32,000 nt of DNA from Deinococcus radiodurans R1 = ATCC 13939 = DSM 20539. Its GTDB lineage: Bacteria > Deinococcota > Deinococci > Deinococcales > Deinococcaceae. The DNA is taken from positions 90,001 to 122,000 of the forward strand of contig NC_000958.1 of assembly GCF_000008565.1 (NCBI RefSeq), given 5' to 3'. The notes beneath the pieces were generated by a model. The model searched no databases. It had not been told where the DNA came from and worked only from the letters and a program-made list of their open reading frames with translations. The translations under genes were made by a program, and so were the position numbers. Numbering within the stretch: the first letter of the stretch is position 1; every line of letters begins with the position of its first letter. Positions 9,585 to 22,248 of this stretch are shown here, piece by piece.

Positions 9585-10214
9585 CTACAGCAGCCCCGCC
9601 CGCAGCGCCTTGACTGCCGCCTGGGTGCGGTCGGCGGCCTGCAACCTGTGCAGGATGTCCTGAATATGCAGTTTCACGGTGCTGACGCTGACGCCGAGCG
9701 CTTCGGCGATGTCCTTGTTGGGCAGCCCGTCGGCAATCAGGCGCAGGATGTCGAGTTCGCGGGGGGTCAGGGGCGAGTGGGCTTCAGGCATCCGCACGCC
9801 GCCGAGGACGTGGTGCGCCACCTGCGGATCGAGGTAGGCGCTGCCCGCCGCCGCCGCGCGAATCGCCAGCAGCAGCAGGTCCGGGCTGGCCGATTTGAGG
9901 CAGTAGGCGTCCGCGCCCGAGGCGAGCGAAGCGAAGACTTCCTCGCGCAGGTCGTGGGCGGTGAGCATCACGATGCGGACCCCCGGCCAGCGGCGCTTGA
10001 TTTCGCGCGCTGTGGCGATGCCGTCCATGCCCGGCAGGCCGATATCCACCACCGCCACGTCCACTGGCCGCCCAGTGAGGACTTCCAATGCCTCCTCCCC
10101 GCTGCGGGCCTCGGCCACCACGCGCAGGTCGGGTTCGAGGTTCAGCGTGGCGCGCAGCCCGTCGCGGGTAAAGGCGTGGTCCTCAACGAGCAGGATGCCC
10201 ACCGGGTCAGGCAT
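9585..10214 (-). CDS. Response regulator, NarL/FixJ (LuxR-type HTH) family
   Basis: Receiver domain (ILLVEDHAFTRDGL, VDVAVVDIGLPGMDG) plus LuxR HTH (TPRELDILRLIADGLPNKDIAEALGVSVSTVKLHIQDIL). The start overlaps the upstream kinase stop by 8 nt. Confidence 0.9.
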   Translation of the reverse strand: MPDPVGILLVEDHAFTRDGLRATLNLEPDLRVVAEARSGEEALEVLTGRPVDVAVVDIGLPGMDGIATAREIKRRWPGVRIVMLTAHDLREEVFASLASGADAYCLKSASPDLLLLAIRAAAAGSAYLDPQVAHHVLGGVRMPEAHSPLTPRELDILRLIADGLPNKDIAEALGVSVSTVKLHIQDILHRLQAADRTQAAVKALRAGLL

Positions 10215-11754
10215 GGGGCGCCTCGGGCAGGGTCAGCACGAACTGGCTCTGCGCCCGCGCCGTGCGGCGGTAACGCACCGTGCCGCCGTGCGCCTCGGCA
10301 ATCCGGCGGGTGAGGTACAGGCCCAGCCCGCTGCCGCTGCCCGCCCCCGCGCCCCGGAAGCGCTGAAAGAGCCGCGCCTGCTGCTCGGCGGGAATGCCGG
10401 GGCCGCTGTCTTGCACGATGAAGGTGACCTCGTCGCCGTCGCCGGTCAGAAAGAGCGTGACTTCCCCGCCCGGCGGGCTGAACTTGATGGCGTTGTCGAG
10501 CAGGTTCTGTACCGCGCGCCGCAGGTCGTGCTTGCGTCCCAGCACGGTCACGCCGCTGAGATTTGTTTCGACGGTGACGTTCCTGGCCTCGGCGCGGGGC
10601 CGCAGGTCGCCGGCCACGCTCAGGACCACGGCGCGCAGCGGCACCGGCTCGCGCTCCTCGTCCTCGCCGCTCTCGAACTTGGCGACGCTCAGGAGCTGGT
10701 CGGCGAGGTCGAGCAGCGTTTCGTTGGCCTGGAGCCCGTTTTCCAGCGTGGCGCGGTAGGCGGGCGGCAACTCGCCGTAAGCGCCTCTCAGGGCGGCTTT
10801 CATGTTCATGGCGTTCGCCAGCAGCGGCGTGCGCAGGTCATGCGAGAAAGCGTACACGAGGTCGCGCAGCAGTTCACCGCGCTCGGCGAGTTGCTGGCGG
10901 TTTTGCCGCAGGTCGTCGAGCAGCGCGGTGCGCTCCAGCAGCGGTTGCAGGGTGCGGACGGCGAGGCTGGTCACGCCCGGCGCGCTGTGCGGCGAGTTCA
11001 GGATGAGCAGCAAGTCGCCCTCGGTCGGGCGACGCAGGCGGGCGAGGTGGACGTTGCCGCCCTCGGTCGCCCACACGTCCCCGGCCCCCACCGGATGCGC
11101 CAGAAATTCCAGCGGAATGCGGGTGTTCAGGCGGCTGGGGCGCTCGGCGGCAGGCAGGTCGGGCGCGAGCACCAGCGCGTAGGGCTGCGTCAGCACCGCC
11201 TTGTCCACCGCGCCGATTTCCACGCTGCTCGCCCCGGTCAGGCGCTGCAAGGCCGCCGCCGCCCGCTCCACGAACTCGGCCTGCCCCAGTGGGCCACCCA
11301 GGTCCTCGGCGAGTTGCCGCCGGGCTTTTTCGCGGGCGAGTTGGTGCTCCTCTTCCTTGAGCGCCGCCGCCTGCTCGGAGGCTTCGCGGGCGCGGGTGGA
11401 GAGGTAGCCCACCAGCACCACCGCCAGAATGCTCACGGCGCGGTTGGCGAAGTGGTAGCCCCCCACGCCGTCGCGCGAGCCGTTCCAGAAGCCGGCGACC
11501 ACGTTCGCCAGCACCGCCAGCGCGGTGAGTTGCCAGACCGTCTTTTTCGACGTGCCGAGCGCCGCGAACGCGACCGACGCGCTGAGCACCGTGCCGAGCG
11601 CGAACGACGCGGGCGTCAGGAGGTCGAGCAGCACCACGACCACCAGCAGCGAGAGGGACACCCCCCACACCACCCCGTCGCTCAGGGGAAACTGCGGCGG
11701 CGGGAACAGCTCCCGCACGAATGCTCCTGTGCTTTCCGGCCAGCGCGTCCTCAT
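10207..11754 (-). CDS. Membrane sensor histidine kinase (N-terminal multi-TM module, GAF-like middle region, HisKA + HATPase)
   Basis: H-box FSHDLRTPL, N-box NLLDNAIKF, G-boxes DSGPGIP and GSGLGLYL. There are three to four N-terminal hydrophobic helices. I prefer ATG 11754 (MRTRWPE) over the ORF-track start at 11856. Confidence 0.85.
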   Translation of the reverse strand: MRTRWPESTGAFVRELFPPPQFPLSDGVVWGVSLSLLVVVVLLDLLTPASFALGTVLSASVAFAALGTSKKTVWQLTALAVLANVVAGFWNGSRDGVGGYHFANRAVSILAVVLVGYLSTRAREASEQAAALKEEEHQLAREKARRQLAEDLGGPLGQAEFVERAAAALQRLTGASSVEIGAVDKAVLTQPYALVLAPDLPAAERPSRLNTRIPLEFLAHPVGAGDVWATEGGNVHLARLRRPTEGDLLLILNSPHSAPGVTSLAVRTLQPLLERTALLDDLRQNRQQLAERGELLRDLVYAFSHDLRTPLLANAMNMKAALRGAYGELPPAYRATLENGLQANETLLDLADQLLSVAKFESGEDEEREPVPLRAVVLSVAGDLRPRAEARNVTVETNLSGVTVLGRKHDLRRAVQNLLDNAIKFSPPGGEVTLFLTGDGDEVTFIVQDSGPGIPAEQQARLFQRFRGAGAGSGSGLGLYLTRRIAEAHGGTVRYRRTARAQSQFVLTLPEAPHA

Positions 11755-11789
11755 GGGCCCCAGCGTAGCCCGCCTGTCCCCGGCGCACG

Positions 11790-11807
11790 ATTGGCCAGGT
11801 GGCCAAT
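11790..11807. promoter_or_regulatory. Perfect 18-bp palindrome in the kinase / kdpB divergent promoter region
   Basis: ATTGGCCA-GG-TGGCCAAT, followed by a partial third half-site (CTGGCCGAT, 11820-11828). It lies between the kinase start (11754) and the kdpB start (11886). Confidence 0.4.
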
Positions 11808-11885
11808 GCCCTGAGCCAGCTGGCCGATACCTCACTCCGCGCCGCAGGACGACCATAACGGCGCTATGAGTCTTTCTTCTTTCCG

Positions 11886-13922
<2,037 letters not shown>

Positions 13923-13932
13923 GGCGTTTATG

Positions 13933-14334
13933 TCAGTTCTCGTTACGAAGAGAAATTCCTGTCCAAATGGCTGCTCCACACATGACTATGAAAGGGAAAA
14001 TGAATTGTCTTACATCTAAACTCTTTGCCAAAGCCATTAACAGTAGGCCTACCAAAATTAGTAGAACCACTCCAGTCATGATAATAGCAACTTGTGCCTT
14101 CCGGGTTGGAGCCATTACATGAGCTACGAAAACCGGTGCTGCACCCGACGCTGCATTTGCAACAAGGAAAATCCACCAGCTTGGTGTGCTTACCCCGCCT
14201 GGGCCAGTAAGTTTGGCAAGAAAGGAAACAACTACATAAGCAACTAGAGAGCTTAAAAGTGCAATTGGAAGAAGTAAAACCCATCGTATTACGTCGGCAG
14301 GAGACCTCTCTTGCATGATGAGAAATCTTACCAT
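13933..14334 (-). CDS. Hypothetical four-helix membrane protein encoded on a low-GC island, antisense to kdp
   Basis: 133-aa ORF with four clear hydrophobic spans ([87 protein letters not shown]). A hand count over 180 nt gives about 41% GC. I recognise no family and see no obvious SD. Confidence 0.55.
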
Positions 14335-14368
14335 TTGTCACAATCTTGTGTTCTGCAAAGGAATCCTC

Positions 14369-14449
14369 ATGGACATCCTGCTTCCCCTGCTGCTGGTCGT
14401 CTTTTTCGCCCTCTGCGCCGCTTACCTCAGAGGCATGGACAACCTATGA
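14369..14449 (+). CDS. Candidate 26-aa hydrophobic micro-protein upstream of kdpF
   Basis: ATG 14369 is preceded by AAGGA at a 6-nt spacing. It encodes [26 protein letters not shown]. The stop overlaps the kdpF start as ATGA (14446-14449). GC content matches the native genome. Confidence 0.35.
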
Positions 14450-14526
14450 TTCTCGCCCTCGCTCTGATTTCGCTGGCCCTGTTCGTCTACCTGCTGTACT
14501 CGCTGCTGCGCCCGGAGGACTTTTAA
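14446..14526 (+). CDS. kdpF: K+-ATPase small subunit F
   Basis: [26 protein letters not shown]: 26 aa, single TM, with the typical KdpF C-terminal xPExF ending. It ends 2 nt before the kdpA ATG. Confidence 0.8.
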
Positions 14527-14528
14527 CC

Positions 14529-16235
<1,707 letters not shown>

Positions 16236-16314
16236 CCCCTCACCCTTCCGCCGCTGGCGCGGCTCCCTCCCTCTCCCAAGGGGAGAGGGCCCTTGCAAAG
16301 CGAGGGGTGAGGGG
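16236..16314. repeat. Nested palindromic (REP/MITE-like) intergenic element between kdpA and kdpC
   Basis: Outer arms are CCCCTCACCC (16236-16245) and GGGTGAGGGG (16305-16314). The inner hairpin is CCCTCTCCC-AAG-GGGAGAGGG (16269-16289). It starts immediately after the kdpA stop. Confidence 0.6.
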
Positions 16315-16365
16315 TCTTTGATCGCCCACCCACACCGCTAAAACCACCTCCAAGGAGTAATCAAA

Positions 16366-17019
16366 ATGACCACCCCTAATGCCAACCTCCAGAACTCCGC
16401 CCCCCTCCCTGCCGAGCGCCCCACGCCGCTGCCCCGGCTGCTGCTCAGTGCACTGCTGGCCGCCGTGCTGTTCATGCTGGTGTGCGGCCTGGCCTATCCG
16501 CTGCTGACCACCGTGGTCGCGGGCGCCGCTTTCCCCAATCAGGCGGGCGGCAGCCTGGTGACCCGGAACGGCCAGGTGGTCGGCTCGGCGGTGCTGGGCC
16601 AGAACTTCACTGCGCCGCGCTACCTGCATGGCCGCCCCTCCATGACGAGCAAGACCGACGGCAGCGGCCCCGAGCCCTACAACGCCGAGAACTCCGGCGC
16701 CAGCAACTGGGGCCCCACCAACGCCAAGTTGCAGGGCGCGGTGCAAGGGCGCATCGCCGCCTTCCGCCAGGAAAACGGCCTGGGCGCGGACGTGCCGGTG
16801 CCGATAGACGCCGTGACCGCCTCGGCCAGCGGCCTGGACCCCGACGTGACGCTGGCGACGGCACTTTTGCAGGTGAACCGGATTGCTCAGGCGCGGGGCA
16901 TGCAGCCCGCCGGGGTGGAAAAGGTCATCCGAGCCCACCTGAAAGGCCGTGATCTGGGACTGCTGGGCGAGCCGCGCGTGAATGTGCTGGCGGTGAATTT
17001 GAGCCTGGACGGGCAGTAA
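16366..17019 (+). CDS. kdpC: K+-transporting ATPase subunit C
   Basis: 217 aa with AAGGAG SD. Contains [32 protein letters not shown] and [11 protein letters not shown], all collinear with KdpC. Confidence 0.9.
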
Positions 17020-17024
17020 ACACG

Positions 17025-18122
17025 ATGTCCGAACCCATCCGCCTGACCCTCCCCCGCGACTCGCAGTCGCCACAGCCTGAGCGCGGCACCCACCGCATTT
17101 TCATCGGCATGGCGGCGGGCGTGGGCAAGACCTACCGCGCCCTGAACGAGCTGCGTGAGCGGCTGGAACGCGGCGAGGACGCGCTGGTCGGCGTGCTGGA
17201 AACCCACGGGCGGCGCGAAACCCTGCAGGCCGCCGAGGGCCTGCCCGTTTTTCCCCGGCGCGAGATCGTGCATGGCAACGTGACCCTGAGCGAACTCGAC
17301 GTGGAGGGCCTGATTGCCCGCAACCCCTTCATCGTCCTGATTGACGAACTGGCCCACACCAACGCGCCCGGCAGCCCGCACGAGAAGCGCTGGCAGGATG
17401 TGGAAGCGCTGCGCGACGCCGGCATTCACGTCCTGTCCACCATGAACGTGCAGCACCTCGAATCGCTGAACGACACGGTGGCGCGCCTGACCGGGGTGCG
17501 GGTACGCGAGCGGGTGCCGGATTTCGTGCTGCATGACGCCGACGAACTGGTTCTGATTGACCTGCCGCCCGAGGACCTGCGTGAGCGGTTGCGGGCCGGG
17601 AAAATCTACGCGCCCGAGAAAGTGGAGCAGGCGCTGGGCAACTTTTTCACTCTGCCCAACCTGACCGCGCTGCGCGAAATTGCGCTGCGGCATGTAGCGC
17701 AGGCGGTGGAGCTGGAGGTGCCCGAGGGCCAGCCCGCCGCGCACGAGGTGGTCGTGGTGGCGATGGCGGCGGAGGGCACGGCGGCCCGCCTGATTCGCCG
17801 GGGTGGGCAACTCGCCGAGCGCCTGCGCGGTGAGCTGCACGTGGTCACGGTGCGCCCGGCCCGCCTGACGCCCGAGGCCTCGCGGATGCTCGACACCTGC
17901 CGCGAAATCACCGAGGCCCTCGGCGGAGGATTCCGGGTGCTGGACAACGTCGGGACGGTGGGCGCCACACTGGTCGCCTACGCCCGCGCCGTTCACGCCA
18001 CCCAGATCGTGATGGGGGAGACCAGCCGCAGCCGCTGGGCCGAGCTGTTGCGCGGCGACATCATCAAGTACGTGCTGCGCGGGACGCAGGGCATGGACGT
18101 TCATGTCATCAGCCGGGATTAG
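17025..18122 (+). CDS. kdpD: Truncated KdpD: N-terminal sensor (KdpD-N) + Usp domain only, no membrane or kinase part
   Basis: 365 aa with RIFIGMAAGVGKTYRALNE (Walker-A-like KdpD-N), STMNVQHLESLND, then a Usp-like VVVVAMAAEGTAARLIRRGGQLAERL...QIVMGE. The ORF ends at 365 aa. Confidence 0.9.
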   Translation: MSEPIRLTLPRDSQSPQPERGTHRIFIGMAAGVGKTYRALNELRERLERGEDALVGVLETHGRRETLQAAEGLPVFPRREIVHGNVTLSELDVEGLIARNPFIVLIDELAHTNAPGSPHEKRWQDVEALRDAGIHVLSTMNVQHLESLNDTVARLTGVRVRERVPDFVLHDADELVLIDLPPEDLRERLRAGKIYAPEKVEQALGNFFTLPNLTALREIALRHVAQAVELEVPEGQPAAHEVVVVAMAAEGTAARLIRRGGQLAERLRGELHVVTVRPARLTPEASRMLDTCREITEALGGGFRVLDNVGTVGATLVAYARAVHATQIVMGETSRSRWAELLRGDIIKYVLRGTQGMDVHVISRD

Positions 18123-18333
18123 CATTTATGTCAGGAGGTGGCCTGTATTCGCCAATGGGCCATCCAGATGGAGGAGTCGCGCTATTCAGACTGCGGTCAA
18201 AATGCCGACGAACTGAACGTTTACCCTGTTGGATGAAGGCAGGCGCGTATCGGCTCCGCGCTGCATGAAAGTCGTCTCAAGCCGTCCGCTTCATTTCTGA
18301 CCCCGCCGAAACCCACCATGTGTACAGTGGACT

Positions 18334-19884
18334 ATGTTGTCCCGCCGTGTTCTGCTGACCATGGGCCTGACTCTGGCCTCTGCCTTCCCGACTGGGCTCG
18401 CTCAGAGGCCCCAGCCACAGACGGCTCAGGCGCAGGCGGACCTCGAAGCGATAAGCACCGCCTACACGATGTACCTCAGCGCCACGTTCATCCGGGACAG
18501 CTGCGTGAAACGCGACCCGGCCAGCGCCGTCAGGGTCAACCAAAGCTACGCGGCGTGGCTTGCGGCCCAAAACCTCGGCACGTTCGAGGCGCAGCTCGGT
18601 AAAAAGTTCGGGACTGATCAGGTCAAAGCGCTGCGCCAGGAGATAAGCGGCCAGCTGGCGGTCTTGGATACCGCGCTGCAAAAGCTGGGGCCGGCCAGTC
18701 AGGCCTGCCCGGCCTTGGCAACCCAGTTTTCATCCGATACCTTCGATGTGCGAAAGAAGGTGCCCAACCTCGCGGCGCTGCTCACTGTAGGTAGAGGGCC
18801 AAGCGGAACAACGGCGGCCAGTGGAAGTGGTAGCAGCGCCGGGGCCAGCGTCACCGTTTACAGCGTGGCGCAACTCTCTTCGCTCATGGCCCAAACGGTC
18901 GCGCCGCTGCGGAGCGCCGGAACCCGTGCTCAGGAGGCTGCCGGCCTGAAAAAATTGCAAACGCTGGGCAAGGTGATCGTGGTGAGCGGCACGACCAAGC
19001 GCAGGCGCTCCATCACGCAGGCCGACGACCGCCGCGAAGTCAGGTACGACGTGTATTGCTACGACATGCACAACGACGCCGCCGATCCGCCCCAGGGGCA
19101 AGTCACGGTGGCTGGGCGGATTCGTGAGTTCGACGCCAGCCTGGGTGTCGTGCTGGAAGACTGCGTGGTTTTGAGCGCCGGCCAGAGCGCCCAGTTCAAA
19201 AAATCTACCCTGGCCGTCGTGGACGCGGCGTGGCAGTTCAAGTCCCAGCCCTACGAGAAGTTTCTGGTGCCTGCCGGCCAGGGCCTGAAAGACAGCGAGA
19301 TTCTGGGCGCGTACATGGAGCAATCCAGCGCCGTTGGCGTCGGGGGGATGACGATCACCACCTATCCTGTCTCGCTGTTTCTGAAAGACGGCACCGTGTT
19401 CAATGATCCTTATTGGGCGCCCACGTCGTTCAACTTCAAGCTCTCGCGGCAGCTTGAGCCGCAGAAATGGGGCAAGTGGACCCGCCAGGGCAACAATTTC
19501 ACGATCAAATGGAGCGACGGCAGAACTGACACCTTCATCGTCAAGGGCGCGCCCAAGGCCCTACCCGCCGGCACGCGGTTGTCGGGGACATTCGAGACCA
19601 TCTCCGGCGGCGGCACCACCTCGCTAGGCGGCGACACCATTGTGGTGAGCAGCGGCACGTATACCTTCCGGCCAGACGGCACGTTCACGGGCGGCAGCTT
19701 CGGCGGCGGTGGTGACTCGTCAGTCACTGTCGGCAGCAGCAGGGCAAGCGGCGGCACCTACAGTGTCAGTGGCTACGGCATCACCCTCAGGGGCTCGGCC
19801 AGTCAGGAACGCCGGCTGTTCTTTGCCCGCTACAACGACGACATGCTGTACATTGGCAGCTCGACTTACACCCGCGACCGCTGA
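18334..19884 (+). CDS. Secreted hypothetical protein
   Basis: 516 aa. Signal peptide MLSRRVLLTMGLTLASAFPTGLAQ, a helical N-domain, a Gly/Ser linker (GPSGTTAASGSGSSAGAS), and a beta-rich C-terminal region with repeated G-T-Y/F motifs (SGTYTFRPDGTFTGG, GGTYSVSGYGITL). I recognise no family. Confidence 0.7.
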   Translation: MLSRRVLLTMGLTLASAFPTGLAQRPQPQTAQAQADLEAISTAYTMYLSATFIRDSCVKRDPASAVRVNQSYAAWLAAQNLGTFEAQLGKKFGTDQVKALRQEISGQLAVLDTALQKLGPASQACPALATQFSSDTFDVRKKVPNLAALLTVGRGPSGTTAASGSGSSAGASVTVYSVAQLSSLMAQTVAPLRSAGTRAQEAAGLKKLQTLGKVIVVSGTTKRRRSITQADDRREVRYDVYCYDMHNDAADPPQGQVTVAGRIREFDASLGVVLEDCVVLSAGQSAQFKKSTLAVVDAAWQFKSQPYEKFLVPAGQGLKDSEILGAYMEQSSAVGVGGMTITTYPVSLFLKDGTVFNDPYWAPTSFNFKLSRQLEPQKWGKWTRQGNNFTIKWSDGRTDTFIVKGAPKALPAGTRLSGTFETISGGGTTSLGGDTIVVSSGTYTFRPDGTFTGGSFGGGGDSSVTVGSSRASGGTYSVSGYGITLRGSASQERRLFFARYNDDMLYIGSSTYTRDR

Positions 19885-20002
19885 GCACCCGCTCGGGCTG
19901 CCCTGCACCAGTACCGCCACGTTGGTCAGCCACGCGCTGGGAGCATCTTCTCGGAATGGTCGGGCGCATGTTGAGTGTTGGTCTGGCCTCTGAAATGGGA
20001 AC

Positions 20003-20036
20003 GGGCCTGGCTTGAATTTTTGCAGGCCCTGCTTTC
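20003..20036. terminator. Hairpin between convergent genes (possible bidirectional terminator)
   Basis: GGGCCTG (20003-20009) pairs with CAGGCCC (20023-20029) around a 13-nt AT-rich loop, followed by TGCTTTC. It lies between the stop at 19884 (+) and the stop at 20038 (-). Confidence 0.4.
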
Positions 20037-20037
20037 G

Positions 20038-21393
20038 TCAGGTCCTGAACGGCTCTCTGGCGCGTGAGGCTGCGCAGGTCGTGTTCTTGGTGGGCTGGGG
20101 GCGCGGCAAGTCCACCGTGACACACAACCCACGGGGCCGCGTCGCCTCGAACAGGACGGTGCCGCCATGTAGCTGCACAATCCGGTCCACGATGGCGAGC
20201 CCCAGACCGTTGCCCTCACCGCTGCGGGCGGCGTCCACCTGATAAAAGGGCTCGGTCAGGCGGGGCAGGGCTTCGGCGGGCACCCCCGGCCCTGCGTCCT
20301 GAACGGTCAGCCTCACGCGGTCGGGTTCGCCCCACACCCGCACCGTCATGTCCGCTCCCTGGCCGTAGCGCCTGCCGTTGCCGATGAGGTTTTCGAGCAG
20401 CCGGGTCAGCAGCGCTTCGTCTCCGGGAATGAGCGTGTCTCCCCAGGTCTCGAAGTCCAGCCGCACGTCCGGCGCCGTCTCGCGCGCGCGGTCAACCGCT
20501 TCTCCGGCGAGATCAGCGAGGTCCACGGGCCGCAGATGCACCGTCCGGGTGCCGCGCGCGAGCAGCAGCAGATGGTCGGTGAGGCGCTGCATCCGGTCCA
20601 CGTCGGCCAGGGCTTCACGCATGTTCTCGCGCAGTTCCGCCTCGCTGCGCGGCGTGGCGAGCGACCCTTGCAGACGCACCTTGAGGGCCGCCAGCGGGGA
20701 GCGCAAGTCGTGGGCGGCGGCGCGGGTGAACTCTTCCTCGCGCTCACGCACGTCGGCGAGTTGCGTAAAAGAAGTTTGCAACGTATCGGCAAGTCGTCCC
20801 AGTTCGTCGCTGCGGCCTGCGCCGGGCAGGGGAAGCCGCAGGTTGTTGCCCTGCCCGAGCCGCGCCGCCGCCGCCTGCAAGCGGGCCACCGGGCGCAGCA
20901 GCCGGCCCGCCAGCGCAGAGCTGAGCAGGGCCACCAGCAAGGCGGCGGCAGGCACCGTCACCGCCAGCGCCCGCAGGTAGGCGCGCAGTGGGTCCACCAC
21001 CCCCAGCACATCGCTGGCGATTTGGGCGGTCGCGGGCTGGCCGCGCAGAACGAGAGGAGCGACGAGCACCTGATGCCCGGCGCGCGGCGCGTACCCGGCG
21101 GGCAGCGTCAGCGGCAGGGCCGGAAACTCGTCGGTTACGGCCACCACCTGGCCTCCCTGAACCACGCGCGCGTCCACGTTGCGCGGCAAAGAGGTGATGA
21201 CCAGCGGCGGCCTGGCTGTCAGTGGCCGGTGGTCGAGTTCCGCCGTCAGTCGCGGCATCAGCCCTTCGAGCCGCTGGGACTCGGAGGCCACCAGAAAGGA
21301 ACGCAGCGCCAGAAACTGCACGGCCGCCACCACCAAAACGATGATGGCCGTTTGCAGCGCCACGCCCAGCGCCAGACGGGTGCGGATGGTCAT
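20038..21393 (-). CDS. Sensor histidine kinase (two TM helices, HAMP, HisKA, HATPase)
   Basis: 451 aa with H-box [32 protein letters not shown] and GNGLGLAIV. The start overlaps the upstream regulator's stop as ATGA (21390-21393). By position next to dps2 it corresponds to the pair I recall as RadS/RadR (DR_B0090/91); that recollection is unverified. Confidence 0.9.
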   Translation of the reverse strand: MTIRTRLALGVALQTAIIVLVVAAVQFLALRSFLVASESQRLEGLMPRLTAELDHRPLTARPPLVITSLPRNVDARVVQGGQVVAVTDEFPALPLTLPAGYAPRAGHQVLVAPLVLRGQPATAQIASDVLGVVDPLRAYLRALAVTVPAAALLVALLSSALAGRLLRPVARLQAAAARLGQGNNLRLPLPGAGRSDELGRLADTLQTSFTQLADVREREEEFTRAAAHDLRSPLAALKVRLQGSLATPRSEAELRENMREALADVDRMQRLTDHLLLLARGTRTVHLRPVDLADLAGEAVDRARETAPDVRLDFETWGDTLIPGDEALLTRLLENLIGNGRRYGQGADMTVRVWGEPDRVRLTVQDAGPGVPAEALPRLTEPFYQVDAARSGEGNGLGLAIVDRIVQLHGGTVLFEATRPRGLCVTVDLPRPQPTKNTTCAASRAREPFRT

Positions 21394-22049
21394 GGCACCC
21401 GGTAGCCCAGACCGCGCGAACTCTGCACGGCCTCCGGCGCGAGCTTGCGCCGCAGGTAGCTCACGTAGACATCCACCACCCGCATGTCCCCGCTGAACTC
21501 CGGTCCCCAGACTTTCGTGAGCAGTTCCTCGCGGGTAAACCAGCGCTCCCTGGAAAGCGTAAGCGCTTCAAGCAAGGCGTACTCGCGCGCCGTCAGCCCG
21601 GTCAGTTCGCCTTGCCACCACACCTGACGCCCACTGGTGTCGAGGCGGCCCTGTCCTCCCGCGAATTCGATACGGGCGCTGCACATGGCCGCGCGGCGGC
21701 GCACCACAGCCCGCAAGACCGCCAGCAACTCGGGCAGCTCGAAGGGCTTGACGAGGTAAGCGTCGCCGCCGAGGTCCAGCCCTTCCACCCGGTCTGCGAG
21801 GTCGCTGCGCGCGGTCAGGAAGACGATAGGCACCTCCGCGCCCCCCGCCCGCAGCTCGCGCGCCAGCTCGAAGCCGCCCAGCCCCGGCAGCATCACGTCG
21901 AGCAGCAGCGCGTCGAAGGCCCCGGCCCGCGCCGCCGCCAGCCCCCGCACGCCGTCGGGCTCCCACGCCGCCTCGTGCCCCGCTTCTTCCAGCGCCCTCA
22001 CCGTAGGCAGGGCAATGCGGGGGTCGTCTTCCACCAGCAGCAGCCGCAC
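21390..22049 (-). CDS. Response regulator, OmpR/PhoB winged-helix family
   Basis: 219 aa. Receiver domain ([25 protein letters not shown]) plus winged-helix output ([30 protein letters not shown]). Confidence 0.9.
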   Translation of the reverse strand: MRLLLVEDDPRIALPTVRALEEAGHEAAWEPDGVRGLAAARAGAFDALLLDVMLPGLGGFELARELRAGGAEVPIVFLTARSDLADRVEGLDLGGDAYLVKPFELPELLAVLRAVVRRRAAMCSARIEFAGGQGRLDTSGRQVWWQGELTGLTAREYALLEALTLSRERWFTREELLTKVWGPEFSGDMRVVDVYVSYLRRKLAPEAVQSSRGLGYRVP

Positions 22050-22248
22050 CGCCTTATCGTCCTCCGGAAAGTGGGTTCACGCTGGGCATCCCTCATCCTA
22101 GCGAGCAGGGGCCGGAGCACCGTAAGGACCGGCACGCACTCGGCCCGTTGAGCAGACCTTTAGGAGGGCATTTTTCTTGCACTCGCCTAACATGCGCTTC
22201 CTATCGTCGGACGCAGGTGCCGACCCGGCACGATGATAAGGAGAAAAC

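Noticed and set aside
10207-11856. Kinase start at 11856 and hydrolase start at 26582 (longest-ORF starts).
   Set aside because: The N-terminal extensions are Arg/Gly/Pro-rich and would leave almost no promoter space. The internal ATGs (11754; 26783 with AGGAG) give typical N-termini.
14311-14528. The 71-aa ORF 14311-14526 and the N-terminal extension of kdpA from 14346.
   Set aside because: Only the last 26 codons (from ATG 14446) match KdpF, and KdpA homology begins at MSASLLQ (14529). The extensions start inside the low-GC island and overlap each other.
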